Source: Neophaeotheca triangularis (lineage: Eukaryota). From it: 64,000 nt of DNA. This document shows positions 35,459-47,160 of this stretch, in pieces. The first letter of the stretch is position 1. Each line of letters starts with the position of its first letter. The translations under genes were made by a program, and so were the position numbers. The notes beneath the pieces were generated by a model, which saw only the letters and a program-made list of their open reading frames with translations, had not been told where the DNA came from and did not search any database. The stretch lies in the NCBI GenBank assembly GCA_054600435.1, contig BAAIJX010000006.1, forward strand, positions 558,001 through 622,000. Direction: 5' to 3'.

Positions 35459-36262
35459 GCTTCTCTGAATTTCCGGTTTTGGCTCAGGGTGTTGCTGGAG
35501 CCATTGTCGCTAGATACACATCCAGCAGGCGCGGACGCAAGGCTGTTGGAGAAGGTAGTGAGCCTTGCAACGTCACTGGTGATGCGGAGGCACTCTGAGC
35601 GTTTGGTGCATGAGGTGTAGAAAGTTCGCGAGTGACCTAAGTTGAATAACTGCATCATTGCCAGTGGCCCGTGCAACAAGACTGCCGATTGGTCTGAAAC
35701 TGCCGGCGCTAAGCAGCGTCTGCGATGTTCAACATTCACTCAAATCGCGCTAGTGATGAAGATCTGACCTCGGGAAGATGGATGATTATATTGTGTCAAA
35801 TGCTGCACACCAAACCTACTGATACATTGTTATCGACCACTGTCTCAACATTCTAGACCACACTAAATTATCCCGTTGCAGTCGGATTTGGACAGAAGGC
35901 TTCGAAAGAGCTTTTCGAGAGCTGGTGCAAGGCAGCTTGGATGCAATCAACGTAACCATAAGTACCACGCCAGAAACCACGCCAAATACCACTGCTTCCG
36001 TAGCAAGGCTCCGGTGCCTTTTCCTGCCGCGCAAAGTGCCTATTAGTATCCTACTATTGACGTGGTGGAAGCCGGTAGTCCAAGTCCCCAAAGCTGCCTC
36101 CACGGATCAAAAGGTTTGCCTGCGTAAGCGTACCTTCTTGGCCGTACGAGTGACGAAATCGCGACCGGGTGTACGATTCCTCGCGAGTATTTCCTCTACA
36201 GACCATCCTGGACTATTACCATCACTAGCTTCACTCTCCAGACCTGTGCCGACGAGCTCCTC

Positions 36263-37972
36263 CTAGTTCATGCCGTCGGTCGCCGGGTTACCGCCTCCAG
36301 TCCCGCTACTTGCTTGCAGCGACTGCTCCAAATTTCCAAGCAAATCTTCCTCTTCTTCTTCTTCGGGCTGATCCTCGGCCCCTTGCGGAGAAGCGTCGTT
36401 CATCGTCACATCCGTATCCTCGGGCGCTACTGCCTCGCTGTTTTCGGCAGTCGTCTTGGGAGTCATCATTGAATTCTTGCGGCTATGACTTGAGTGGGCA
36501 AGTGGTAGGTCGGGAGAGCTGGAAGCGGCCCTATCTCCTGGCTCAGCAGGGTCTTCCTGCTTCGAAGTGGATAGCACAGGCGTTACGCTCTTCGACTTGG
36601 CTCGCTCTGGCGCTGAAGCTTGATTCGAGGAGGCTTCAACGTTTGGCTGCTGAGTATCGGTGCTCTCGTGCTGGCCCTCCTCATCGGTAAGTTCGCCTTC
36701 TTCACGATCATCGTCGTCATCCCCCTCTTCGCCATCGTCACTGCCTTCATCATCATCGTTACCTTCTCCCTCTGCTTCCCCGTGTTCGCCTTGTTCACCT
36801 TGCGGCTGTTGTTGCGAGTCTTCACCTTCAGCCATTTCCTGAGCAGCTTTAATACGTGCATTCTGATTCGCAGAAGCTTCTTCGCCCTTTGCCACGTGCT
36901 TAACGGTTTGTCCAGGCTGCGGTACGATTTTGGTAGCATTTGGAACCACTGTCGTGTAAGTACTTCCATCCGGATTCGTGAACGTAACCCTCTTCTTGCC
37001 TCTGCCTGGCCCGCCTTTCTTCTTAGGAGGCGGTCTGTTACGTCTCCTTTCGGACACAAGGGGTTTCATCAGGTGCTCGGCGACGACGACACCGTCGTCA
37101 TTGGCGATGCCGACGCCTTCGATAACGGTTCCAGGGGCGGCCACCACAGACTTGACATCCACCAGGGCGGCAGAATCGGCAGCTACTTCGTTGTCAAGCA
37201 TATGTCCCTCAGGGACGAGGACATCATAAAGCGCTATCTCGCCAGTGCCTGCATCAGCCTTTTGGACTCTCGTCCTTCTCATGGGAACAGGAGCCATAGC
37301 ACCCGTATCAGCGGGACCATACATGGAAGGCAGCCCTTTCCGGCGCTTTGCAAGGAATTCCCAGTGCATGTGCTCGGGAACTAGGGCGTGTTCGGGAACA
37401 GGCTTCCACTTCTTCGCAAGAAAAGCTCGATCTTCTAGGGGATCATGCTTTTTGGCGGCGGACTCGTCGTTGCCCGCGCCTTCTTCCTCGACCTCGTCCT
37501 CGCCCTTTTCGTCTTCTGCCTTGCGCTTCACGCCTACCTTGCCACTCCGCGCAAGTCTCAAGATATGCTGAGTCCATGGCTGAAGGAGTTGGTAGTCCCG
37601 CGGCATCGGCGGTTCGCCCCATTTGCTATCCTCCGAAGTTTGTGCTTCCTCGGATTGCTGGGGCGTCACTAGGGAGACACGGGTTGGCTGTTCACCCCAT
37701 TGCTTGACGGGAAGACCTTCGAAAACATCGTTATCTGATTGTCCGGTGCGACCTGACCTGTTACTGCGACCAGGCGGGCGGTACTATCTTTCGAGTTAGC
37801 TATTTCTGTTAAAAGGCAATTGCAAAATACAGAGTCTTGGGGCTCTTATTTTCAACCCGCAGTAAAGCTTGACAATGGCTCTGCTGTTTGGCGTATATGT
37901 CCTATGCGGGTTTGGATACTGTGCAGGATAGAAGGTAGGTAGGTACGATTCACATACCGAAGAGCTCGCCAT
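36263..37972 (-). CDS. Hypothetical acidic/disordered protein (511 aa, 2 exons)
   Basis: Exon 37972-37958 (MASSS), intron 37957-37784 (GTATGT...GCTAAC...TAG), exon 37783-36263. Ordered-looking blocks DVFEGLPVKQW, PMPRDYQLLQPWTQHILRLARSG, EFLAKRRKGLP; NLS-like RRRNRPPPKKKGGPGRGKKRV; acidic tail. Confidence 0.8.
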
Positions 37973-38464
37973 ATGTCTGTCGCCGTGGATTTCGCGGCTA
38001 TGTGAGGAATATTCGCCTAGCGATGCTTCTGCTTCCTTTCGAAAAAGATAGCGATAATATTGATTCGTCAATATGGATAAACTTTTTGTAAAACGACAAT
38101 CTGTAGCAATTTACGCGTTGATCGAAGCCATGGACGTGTCGTTGTAGACGAGAGCTCAGGTGCAGGTGGCTGGTGCGAAGCTGCCGCCCGAGGGGTCCAT
38201 GGCTCTCGCTTCGGGCTGTCTTCGGTAAAGTCAAGCAAGCCTAAAGTCCGCTCACCTCCGACAGCTCCATCGGTGTTCTTGGACTGCTCGCCCGACTTCA
38301 TATCTTCAAATATGACATAATGAAGTGAACTGTCGACGAAACATTTCATCCCCATCCATCGATCGTATCAGCCCCAGCGACTCCTCTCACGACGTCCACC
38401 TACTTGAGCTAGCCGCGCTGATATTCGAAGGACTCTCTTAGCGACACGTTAACACACAAGCGGC

Positions 38465-38959
38465 ATGTCCGCGCAAAGCACGGCGTACGAGGCGCGCTCG
38501 CTCTACCGATCACTTTCTCGCACCGCCCGCCAGTTCGCCGCCTACAACTTCCGCGAATACGCCAAAAGAAGAGTCAGGGACGCTTTCAGGGAGCATCATG
38601 GCGAGAAAGACAGCCGAAAGGCGCAAGAGTTGATGCAGCACGGCTTGAAGGAGCTCCAGATCATGAAGGTTGGTATCTCTTGCGGCGTTGGGGGAGAATG
38701 GACCATGATCATGCACAAGCATGGCCACGACAAGATGCAGCGACTGGATAAGAAGGAATGAATGTGCTGACACACTGCTTTACAGCGGCAAACGGTTGTG
38801 TCCCAATTTTTCCAGCTTGACCGATTAGTAGTCGAAGGCGGCAAGACGGGAAAGCAGACAGGAAACGAGGGAGGCATAGTGCGACAGAAGGATCAAGGGT
38901 GAGTTCTCAATCCTTTACGTGGACCTGTATAGTTGCTGACTTCTTGCAGATGGGATTGA
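38465..38959 (+). CDS. ISD11: LYR-motif protein Isd11/LYRM4, Nfs1 cysteine desulfurase partner (108 aa, 3 exons)
   Basis: Exons 38465-38668, 38786-38898, 38950-38959. [32 protein letters not shown]...[26 protein letters not shown]. Confidence 0.95.
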
Positions 38960-39181
38960 GCGAACAGACCCCGGCGTTTAAAAGCATTCTCCGGCGTTGA
39001 TGTACTATACGACCCAAGCCGCTTGTGTACGATACCAGCCCCAAAACACAGTCAGCTTTTCACATTTGAATGGGTGTCTTCTTTATTTCGCCGTCGCCTC
39101 CTTCTTTTATGTGTTATAGACAATAGGAGCGGCGCACGCCTCTTCGGTCACAGGCTCGTGGCTGTATGATAAATGCCACAT

Positions 39182-39230
39182 ACACACACTCACTCACACA
39201 CACTCACTCACTCACACACACACACACACA
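39182..39230 (+). repeat. Compound (CA)n/(CACT)n microsatellite
   Basis: acacacactcactcacacacactcactcactcacacacacacacacaca visible directly. Confidence 0.92.
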
Positions 39231-41088
39231 TACGAGACCTCAACTGATTTCCTGATACTCCTTATTTAAAGCCGTCATGTCCATTTTGTAGCACGGAAAC
39301 AGAAGTCTTACATTACGGCGCCTGCCGCTCGACATGCTCTGCCCTTTTCAGTACGATATAGAGACTTGACTAAAGGATACCACCATGTACTCAACGCTTC
39401 GATCTGCATTGTCTGCGCTCGCTCTGTTGTATGGCGCGTCCCGGTCTGCTTCAGTGAACATACAATCGCGGCTACTGCATCTCTGGTTATCCCTGAATCC
39501 TATTCCTCGGTAATACCCGTGGGTAGCGTATCCTAAGGATGATCCAGATAGCTGTTCCTTAACAGCTACCACACGAACTGTGTAATGGACGCTCTGGTGG
39601 CTGCAAGGGCGCGTCCCTGTGCTTGTTTTTTGTATGATGCACACGCGACAAAAGGGTGCAGCCAACGAACGGTGAGTGTTTGAGGCTCAGAGTGAGAGGA
39701 CTCCTGCTCATTCCCGCTAAGCACGTTTTCTCAAACAAAGGTCGAGGCAACCATGTGTAAGGGCGTGGCGATTTTCTTGCGGAATACACCAGTAGATGAC
39801 TTGATCATACCAGCTATAAAGCCTCTCGAACTTATTTCGTAGCCGACACAGCGACTGATGTCGCTTACAAGTATCGATTTGCATTATACGCTTCTTGTAA
39901 TCTCTCCTCGATAATGCCGTACTTTACGAGTCTCCAAATTCTTCCAACGTCTTTCCCTCAGTCTTCAATTGTTGACGCCCGAGCTCCACGACCAATGCTC
40001 TGGAAAAACTGGCGGTCGTCTTGATATGCCATCTAGTAAGACCAACGTAGGCCCACATCTTCAGAAGTCGCTGGCTAGTAGAGGCTCCAGAGCCAGGCAA
40101 CGAGGTTACGAGGGTCTGGGCTCTTGAGTCGTCTGTGAGTTTGGTGTATCATATCCAGTTCGAGAACGATCTGCCACGAGATTCCGGGGAGTCTGGTGTA
40201 CTTCGTTCGTCAGTCCAGTACAGCTCCACGGCCGACAGTTGCTCGAAAGGTGTGGTCGCGAATGTGGAATGATTTCGAGCGCAAGCCTTCTAATCCTATT
40301 ATCCTGCCAGTCGATCCAGGCATAGCGAGATGGATCCTAAGTGAGGACATGTAAGATGGCTGCTGGATCATACTGCAGACCTAAGTGATATTTGCGAGCG
40401 CCTCTCGGGTACACTTCCACTTCGCTCGTAGATCGAGATTCGACTCAAGAGTCCTGATCGGGAGAAGGTAATGATCAAATTCCAGGACTCCTGTTGTTCA
40501 CGGTGCTTCTGTCGCATGCAGCTACTGAGCCTGTGTGCCTCGGAGCGCAATCACCAACTAATACCCCATGGGTAAGTCTCGTCTGAGCGACGATCGCTGA
40601 ACCAAACCACGCTCTACCGTGATGTGACCGTTCGAGCCCTCAGCATAAGGTACATTAATAAGGTAGCCTCATGGTATCAAGATTGCACAGTGCACTTCTG
40701 TGAACCCAATGAGCCTTCCTCATCAAGTGAGATCCAATTGCTGTGTTCAAGGCTCACTCCCTGTTTACTTGCCTCGGAATCGGGATCCGCCTTGCTGCTC
40801 AGTCGTACCTTCCACTTGTTGTTGTTGTTACCACTTTTGGAACAGCTTGGCGCTGGCACGAGCTCAAATCCCTTCCACAAAACCAGGCGGCCTGACCTTC
40901 GACCTCCTACTCCTTTACACCACCCTCCGACTACCACCTGCTGCCTCTGACCACCACTTGCTGTCCCGTCGACAGTCTCTCTTCTCTTTCACCTGATCTG
41001 AAAGCTTCTTTAGTCTTTCTTCCATCTACTACCTCCACCTTCTACGTCTACCTCTTGTCTGCCCCCTACCTCCAAGTTCACTGTCACG

Positions 41089-43102
41089 ATGTCTGCCGCC
41101 GGTGAAGACATCCCGGCCGTTGCTGGCGCATCGGCTGCCGCTCCTACCACTGACGTTCCTCAAACGGCTGAGGCGCTTGGTGAGAAGGCTCGCACCCACG
41201 GCTGGAAGGCGCCCACCGGCTTCGATTACGCGAACTTCGAGAACCCTAAGTCTGGAGACGACGCAAACGGTCCCTCACTCTTTGATGACTCCACCTTCCA
41301 CGCGACTGCCGGTGTCTACGAGGCCGATCAAGACATTGGTGACGTGCTTCCGCCGAACCCACAGCTCGAGCAAGTCCTTTTTGGCGGTGACCGCTCGCGT
41401 CCAGGCGACTTCGTCCAAGCTCTCGTTCAGAACGCGACTGTGGAGGGACCCAACTCTATGATGCCGATCCGCAAGGTGCGTAGCATTCCTTCACTTCCAC
41501 ACAGGCAGACTTTACTGACCATGATTTTTTAGTTCGAGGATGCTGGCCTCCACCCAGTCGTACTTGACAACACTCAGAAGTGCGGCTACACCTCGCCAAC
41601 CACGATTCAAGGGTACACCATTCCAGCAGTGCTCGGTGGTCACGATGTCGTCGCTGTTGCGCAGACAGGTACGTCCCCACTTTCACACAAAATGAAGAAG
41701 ACCCCACTGACACCCGATAAACAGGTTCCGGTAAAACGGCTGCGTACCTCATCCCAGTCATCTCCAAGCTTATGGGCAAAGCCAAGAAGCTTCGTGCGCC
41801 GCGTCCCAATGTCGCTGCACGCGGCTACGATGTCAACGCCCACGCTGTGAGGGCTGAGCCTTTGGTCATCATCGTCGTTCCCACCCGCGAATTGGCCATT
41901 CAGATCTTTGACGAGGCTCGCCGCTTGTGCTACCGCTCTATGCTTCGCCCTTGCGTCGCCTACGGCGGTCTTCCCATGAAGGTCTGTCGTGAGGAGTTAG
42001 GCAAGGGCTGTGATGTTCTGATCGCCACTCCTGGTCGTCTTTGTGATCTCATGGACAAGCCGCACATCCTCACTCTGGGCCGCGCCAAGTTCACAATCAT
42101 CGATGAGGCTGACGAGCTTCTCAACAACGACTGGGAGGAGGAGCTCGGCAAGATTATGTCTGGTGGAGGTAAGTGAGACTGCTGCAACGCTGTCAGCAAC
42201 CCTAAACGCTAACAAAACACCAGACGCAAACGAGGATGTTGGACACCAGTACCTGATGTTTTCTGCCACGTTCCCCAAGGTCGCTCGCAAGCTTGCCCGC
42301 GAGTACCTTGCCGAAGACTACTTCCGCTTCCGCATTGGTCGCGCTGGGTCTACCCATGAGAACGTTCGTCAGCACGTTGTTTGGGTTGATCACGACGCCA
42401 AGCAGACCGCCCTCTACGATCTTCTGTACTCGCTCGAGCCGGCCCGCACCCTCATCTTCTGCAACAGCAAAGTCGTTGTTGACATGCTCGATGACTTCCT
42501 CTACAACCGCCAACTTCCCACCACCTCGATTCATTCTGGTCGCAACCAGCGTGAACGTGAAGACGCTCTTCGTGCGTTCCGCAGTGGCCGTGCACCTATC
42601 TTGGTCGCCACCGGTGTTTCCGCTCGTGGATGGGACAGTAAGTGATTCCAAGCAAAGAAACTGTCAGAGCTTTACTAACTTCTTTTCAGTCCCCCTCGTC
42701 AAGCACGTCATCAACTACGATCTTCCAGCCACCATGTACGGCGGGATCGACGAGTACATTCACCGCATCGGGCGTACTGCACGTATTGGACACAAGGGCC
42801 TGGCCACCTCCTTCTACAACGACAAGAATGACGACATCTCACAAGCCCTCGTCAATGTCCTCATCGAGAGCAAGAACGAGGTCCCTGAGTTCTTGAATCA
42901 TCTGGCGCCGGCCGAGGCAGAGAAGCCCGATTTCGAGGACGACACCGACTCGGAGGAAGAGCAGGAGGCTGGGGGAGATGCTGTGGACGAGGAGAATGCC
43001 TTTGCGAGTGGCTTCGCCGCGGACACTGGCGATGAGGAAGTTGCCGCCGCTGCTCCAGGCTGGGGTGCTCCTGCTCCTGAGCCCACGGCCGCGGCCTGGT
43101 AA
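41089..43102 (+). CDS. DEAD-box RNA helicase, Ded1/DDX3/Vasa-like paralog (597 aa, 5 exons)
   Basis: Exons 41089-41475, 41533-41668, 41725-42168, 42224-42637, 42690-43102. Q motif GYTSPTTIQ; AQTGSGKT; PTRELAIQI; LRPCVAYGG; TPGRL; DEAD; MFSATFP; IGRAGSTHENV; SARGWD; YIHRIGRTAR. Confidence 0.93.
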
Positions 43103-43775
43103 GCATTTCGCTTGCAACCCACCAACGGAACCACTCTTTCGGGATGTTTCAATCCCCCCCTCGATGATTGTGCGCCTTCCACCTGCTGCTGGGCGCCTTT
43201 CGTTGGGTAGCTGGCGTTTATTTTCTTGTTCAGGGTGGGCCAGTTCTCCGGGTACGTTTGCCTGAGGAGAACGAGCAAGGAGAAGGGCCCAAAGGCCTGA
43301 CTCCTTGCCACCAAGTCCAGATAGTAATGTGTATTCGTTACTGTCAAATACGTTAATGATCTATTTGCTAGTAGTGATGTTCGCTTTGACTCGTTCATGA
43401 TTTGCTGCTTGAAACCACTGGCGCGGTCACCTTATTGGCTGTCGCCGTAAAGAAACCGATTTCATCACAATTGGAGCACGTAAGACTTAAAATTCCTAAT
43501 GATTGTTTAGCAAGTTTGGTTAAGGAGAATTCGCTTTACAAACGCTTGATAGGATCCATGGATCATAATACTCAACGCTAAGGCCGCTCGTCATTTCGAA
43601 GCGCCTCATCCCTTTCTGCCCTCAAAGCCAGCAGCACGGCGCATCTTATTTACAGCTGCTTCGTTGACCACGAGCACGAGCCGCTGTCGCGTCTCGCGCC
43701 TTTCCGGTATTGGTGCTGCCTTGCCCCTGCATGTTTCACTCTCCATTGCTCCGATCTCAGGCACAAGCGAGGCTC

Positions 43776-44488
43776 CTACCAACTATTGCGGTCCCAGTTC
43801 GGATCTACCACAAGCAAGTCAGCATTCCCACTATCCAATCCACCTAAACTCTCAGACGTACCTTGCACAAAAGCGCCCAAAACCCGACTCCCCGTTTGCA
43901 GAAGCGGATGGCCAACAACGATTTTCAAGAACTTCTCCAACCCGGCTCTTCGATCTTCAATGATGTTGTCGTCGAAGCGGTTGAGGTAGACCTTGCCCGG
44001 CAGCGGCGGGATGGAAACGCGAGCCGACTCGCGCTCCAGCAGGTCGCGGAAGACTTCGAAATCCGAGTAGCGGCGACGCACTTCGCTGCGGCGCAGTTTG
44101 AAAGCTGGGATGTTGGTCGAGAGGCGGATTAGATAGGTTGTGTAGCGTGACGATGGGCTGCTGGTTGGTTGGTGGGTTTGAGGGTCTGTCACCTGGGAGG
44201 GTGGGCGTCGGGCGTTAGCTTGGAGGTGGGGTGGTGTTGGGGTGCGCTGGGGCGGAGGAGGGGTTCTTTTGTCCGGCTTTCATCGTCGTTATGTTTCCCC
44301 TTGTTCTTTCTGCGTGGACTTACCTCTATCTCCAGGAAGTTCTCGGGCACGCCATATATTTCCTCGAAGCTCTGGGTGTGCGGTTGGCTGCCAGAGTGTG
44401 CGAAACCGGTTGGCGTAGACATCCTGCCTGGCTGGCCGTCTTGTGTTGGCTGCCTCGGGGGCTCGGGTCTGGGTTCAACGCGCTGCAT
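43776..44488 (-). CDS. SNX3: Sorting nexin-3, PX domain (174 aa, 3 exons)
   Basis: Exons 44488-44324, 44192-43862, 43804-43776. [69 protein letters not shown]. Confidence 0.96.
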
Positions 44489-45066
44489 GTTTGTCTGATT
44501 GGTTTGCCAATGGGAGAAGGCGGTGTTGGTAGGGTTTCTTTCAAGCGCGAAGACGAAACGTTGGAAATGTGTGGCAGGTAGTTTGGGTTTGCTTGGCCAG
44601 GTGTTGTAGGTGAATTGACGAAGAGCAAACAAATCGACCGCAGGTGTACTGTAAGCAGAGAGTGTGCAGGCGCTCGAGGTCCAGCCGCATTCATAAGCGA
44701 CGTCACTACTAGTGCCGTTGGAGCACGTGCGCATGTGGGGCTATACCGCAAAGTAACTTTGAAGTCTGGGCAACAAGGTGCGCCAAGGTTGTTGTCCTGC
44801 TTGGGGACCAAGTAGTATCTGTTGCATATCCTGCCTTCTAATGACGTTGTCTATTCGCTACGGCAATCGATCTCATGAAATTATGGCGCAAGCTCCGCAG
44901 ACAAGACAATCACGGAGCTTTGATCGAAGTTTGGCTCCGTAGAAAATGGGATCTGTAGAGATCGTCGTCCTTCCCGTCTATCCTTACTCTAGCATATCGC
45001 ATATAGGGTATCTCAATAGAAGCAATCGCCCAATTGCGCCGTCCGTAGCTCGCCCAGTGGCCTCTC

Positions 45067-45872
45067 TCATCGTAGACTGACGAACACCTCAAGTACGCTC
45101 GTGTATCGGATCCTCGTCTCTGGGATCTCATCCGCTTCTTTACTGACGCCTTGGAGATTGTTCTCCCCGTCATCAGGCATCTCAACCTCCTTCCCTTCAG
45201 CTCCATCACCTTGCTCATGCGCTTGGTTCTCACCAATGCCACCCGTCTTTGCCTCTTCATGAATCTCAATATCATCAACCGCTCCGGCACTCCCTGTAGC
45301 AAGCCTCACAGCATAGTCATCCCGCTGCTGAAACCACAAGCCCAGCTCCGTGACCTTGCCGATAGCTTTCCCAGTCCCCTTGATTGCAACTTCCTCCACC
45401 ACGTCTTCCTCATCGCCATCTAAGTCCGCCCTCATGCCCTTCTTCACACCGCCCTTCTTCTTCTCCTCCATGATCCGCGCAATGCCGTCAATGTCATCTT
45501 CGCCCTCTCTATTCGCCGGACCCCGCCTTCTACGATTTTTCTTGATCTGTGCCCCGGCGCTTTGGACGGCGCGCTTCTCACTTAGACGGAGTAGTTTCTC
45601 GACGCGCTTGACAGCTGCAAGGAAGGGCGTTTTGGTCGAGACGTAGACTACTTTCGGAGAGGACGAGTTTGTATAGGGAGACGGTATGGCTGGCCGCAGC
45701 AGTGGGCGCTTTGAGACTTGTGCATCTATGCTCGGAGTCAGCGACGCTACGGTGAGTGCGTTGACTGGAGTCAAGAGAGCGTACTAGCTGGTAGGGGCAC
45801 GTTTTTGGTGCCAATGACTTTTCTAGGCCTGCGGTTTGACTTTGATTTGGCGGGCGCGGAGTCGGGCGCCAT
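45067..45872 (-). CDS. POP7: RNase P/MRP subunit Pop7/Rpp20 (Alba fold; 248 aa, 2 exons)
   Basis: Intron 45784-45726. KVVYVSTKTPFLAAVKRVEKLL, VAIKGTGKAIGKV, VRLATGSAGAVDDI, PETRIRYTSVLEVFVSL. Confidence 0.85.
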
Positions 45873-46138
45873 GGCGTAAAGTGCGAGGTTCCTGGCAGCA
45901 GAGGCTCTCGCTCTCATGCCTTGATCCCTGAGGCTCTCGTCGAAGTAGTCGGGATCGTGATGTAGGTTGGTTGAAAGTCCATCATCAAAGCGGGTACCTG
46001 CATGGTGGAACGAAGCAATGACCAAGCGTTCACTCTCATCTTCACCTGTCGGCCTTACCTACCGTCGGACCTTGGCGTCAATACTTTGAGAACGTTGAAC
46101 TAGACGTATACTATCTAGATACTTGTAGGTCTAACAAC

Positions 46139-46840
46139 ATGATGCTCCGCCACCTGCACCTACCGGGTCTCACATCGTACTCCCACGCTTCCCGGATACA
46201 GGAACGCCTGGTTTCCCGGCTTCTAGCTCACAAGGCCGCCCCATCTACTACGACTGCGCCTGATCCAGTGGTTATTACGGCGCAGTTCCACCCTGTCTAT
46301 ACATGCGGTCGACGAGAAGTGGGAACAGTATCTCAAGAGCAACAGGATTTCCTGCAGGCAGACGGCCGCGCTGAGTTCAAAACGGCTTTACGAGGTGGTC
46401 AAACGACCTTTCATGGCCCTGGACAGCTTGTTGCATACCCCATCATCGATCTCAAGCGTCATGGATTCACGGCAAGGTCATATGTCTGTCTGCTAGAGAA
46501 GACACTGAAGAAGACATGTGGACAGTGGGGCATCAAGACGATGACCACTGAGAACCCAGGCGTCTGGGTGGATGACGATAGTAAGATCGCCGCCCTCGGG
46601 GTGCACATGAGACGTAATGTGAGTAGCCACGGTATAGGGCTAAACGTCAACACGGACCTGTGGTGGTTTGGGCGCATCGTTGCTTGCGGGCTTGAAGGCA
46701 AAAAGACTACCAGCTTCGAAGACCAAGGCGTGACCGGAGTCGGACTGGATCAAGTCGCCAACGCTTTTGTGAAGGACTTGTCTGCGGGCCTAGGCGGGAC
46801 CTCCGAGATTACAACGATGACCGAAGACGAAATCGATTGA
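46139..46840 (+). CDS. LIP2: Octanoyl-[ACP]:protein transferase (LipB/Lip2)
   Basis: QFHPVYTCGRR, RGGQTTFHGPGQLVAYPIIDL, NPGVWV, KIAALGVH, SSHGIGLNV, IVACGL. Confidence 0.95.
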   Translation: MMLRHLHLPGLTSYSHASRIQERLVSRLLAHKAAPSTTTAPDPVVITAQFHPVYTCGRREVGTVSQEQQDFLQADGRAEFKTALRGGQTTFHGPGQLVAYPIIDLKRHGFTARSYVCLLEKTLKKTCGQWGIKTMTTENPGVWVDDDSKIAALGVHMRRNVSSHGIGLNVNTDLWWFGRIVACGLEGKKTTSFEDQGVTGVGLDQVANAFVKDLSAGLGGTSEITTMTEDEID

Positions 46841-47160
46841 GGCTGTCCGTCTCTTCCAGGTAGACTTGGCCATTGGCAATGAGTTAGAAGGATGCTTACT
46901 CCACGGTCACCAAGCCATCGGTATCTGGATATTCCACTGCTTCCGGCCAGAACCCAAAGGCCAACGCTACCTGCCTCACCGTACGGTTGAATCCTGTAAT
47001 ACATCACGTTTCGTTGAGGCCACGCTACTTCTCAGTCTTCTCGAAAGTGGCATGTCCAAATTTTCAGCTTCGTTGTGCTCACTCAACTCTCTTCGGTTTA
47101 CGAGGTTTTCCACCTCGCACGGGTACTGGTCGAAATTGCACGCACTCACATGTTTTACTC

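Noticed and set aside
35753..35822. Possible box C/D snoRNA (GTGATGA...CTGA...CTGA)
   Set aside because: No terminal stem and no rRNA-complementary guide that I can recognise. A snoscan/Infernal run would be needed to support it.
44808..44825. CAAGTAGTATCTGTTG resembles the U2 snRNA branch-pairing region
   Set aside because: Only about 12 nt match. The U2 5' stem sequence and Sm site are absent, so this is probably chance.
21310..46840. Apparent mitochondrial cluster (ABC1 kinase, carrier, ISD11, LIP2; the last two both engage acyl-ACP)
   Set aside because: The genes are interspersed with unrelated ones over about 25 kb, consistent with chance in a gene-dense region.
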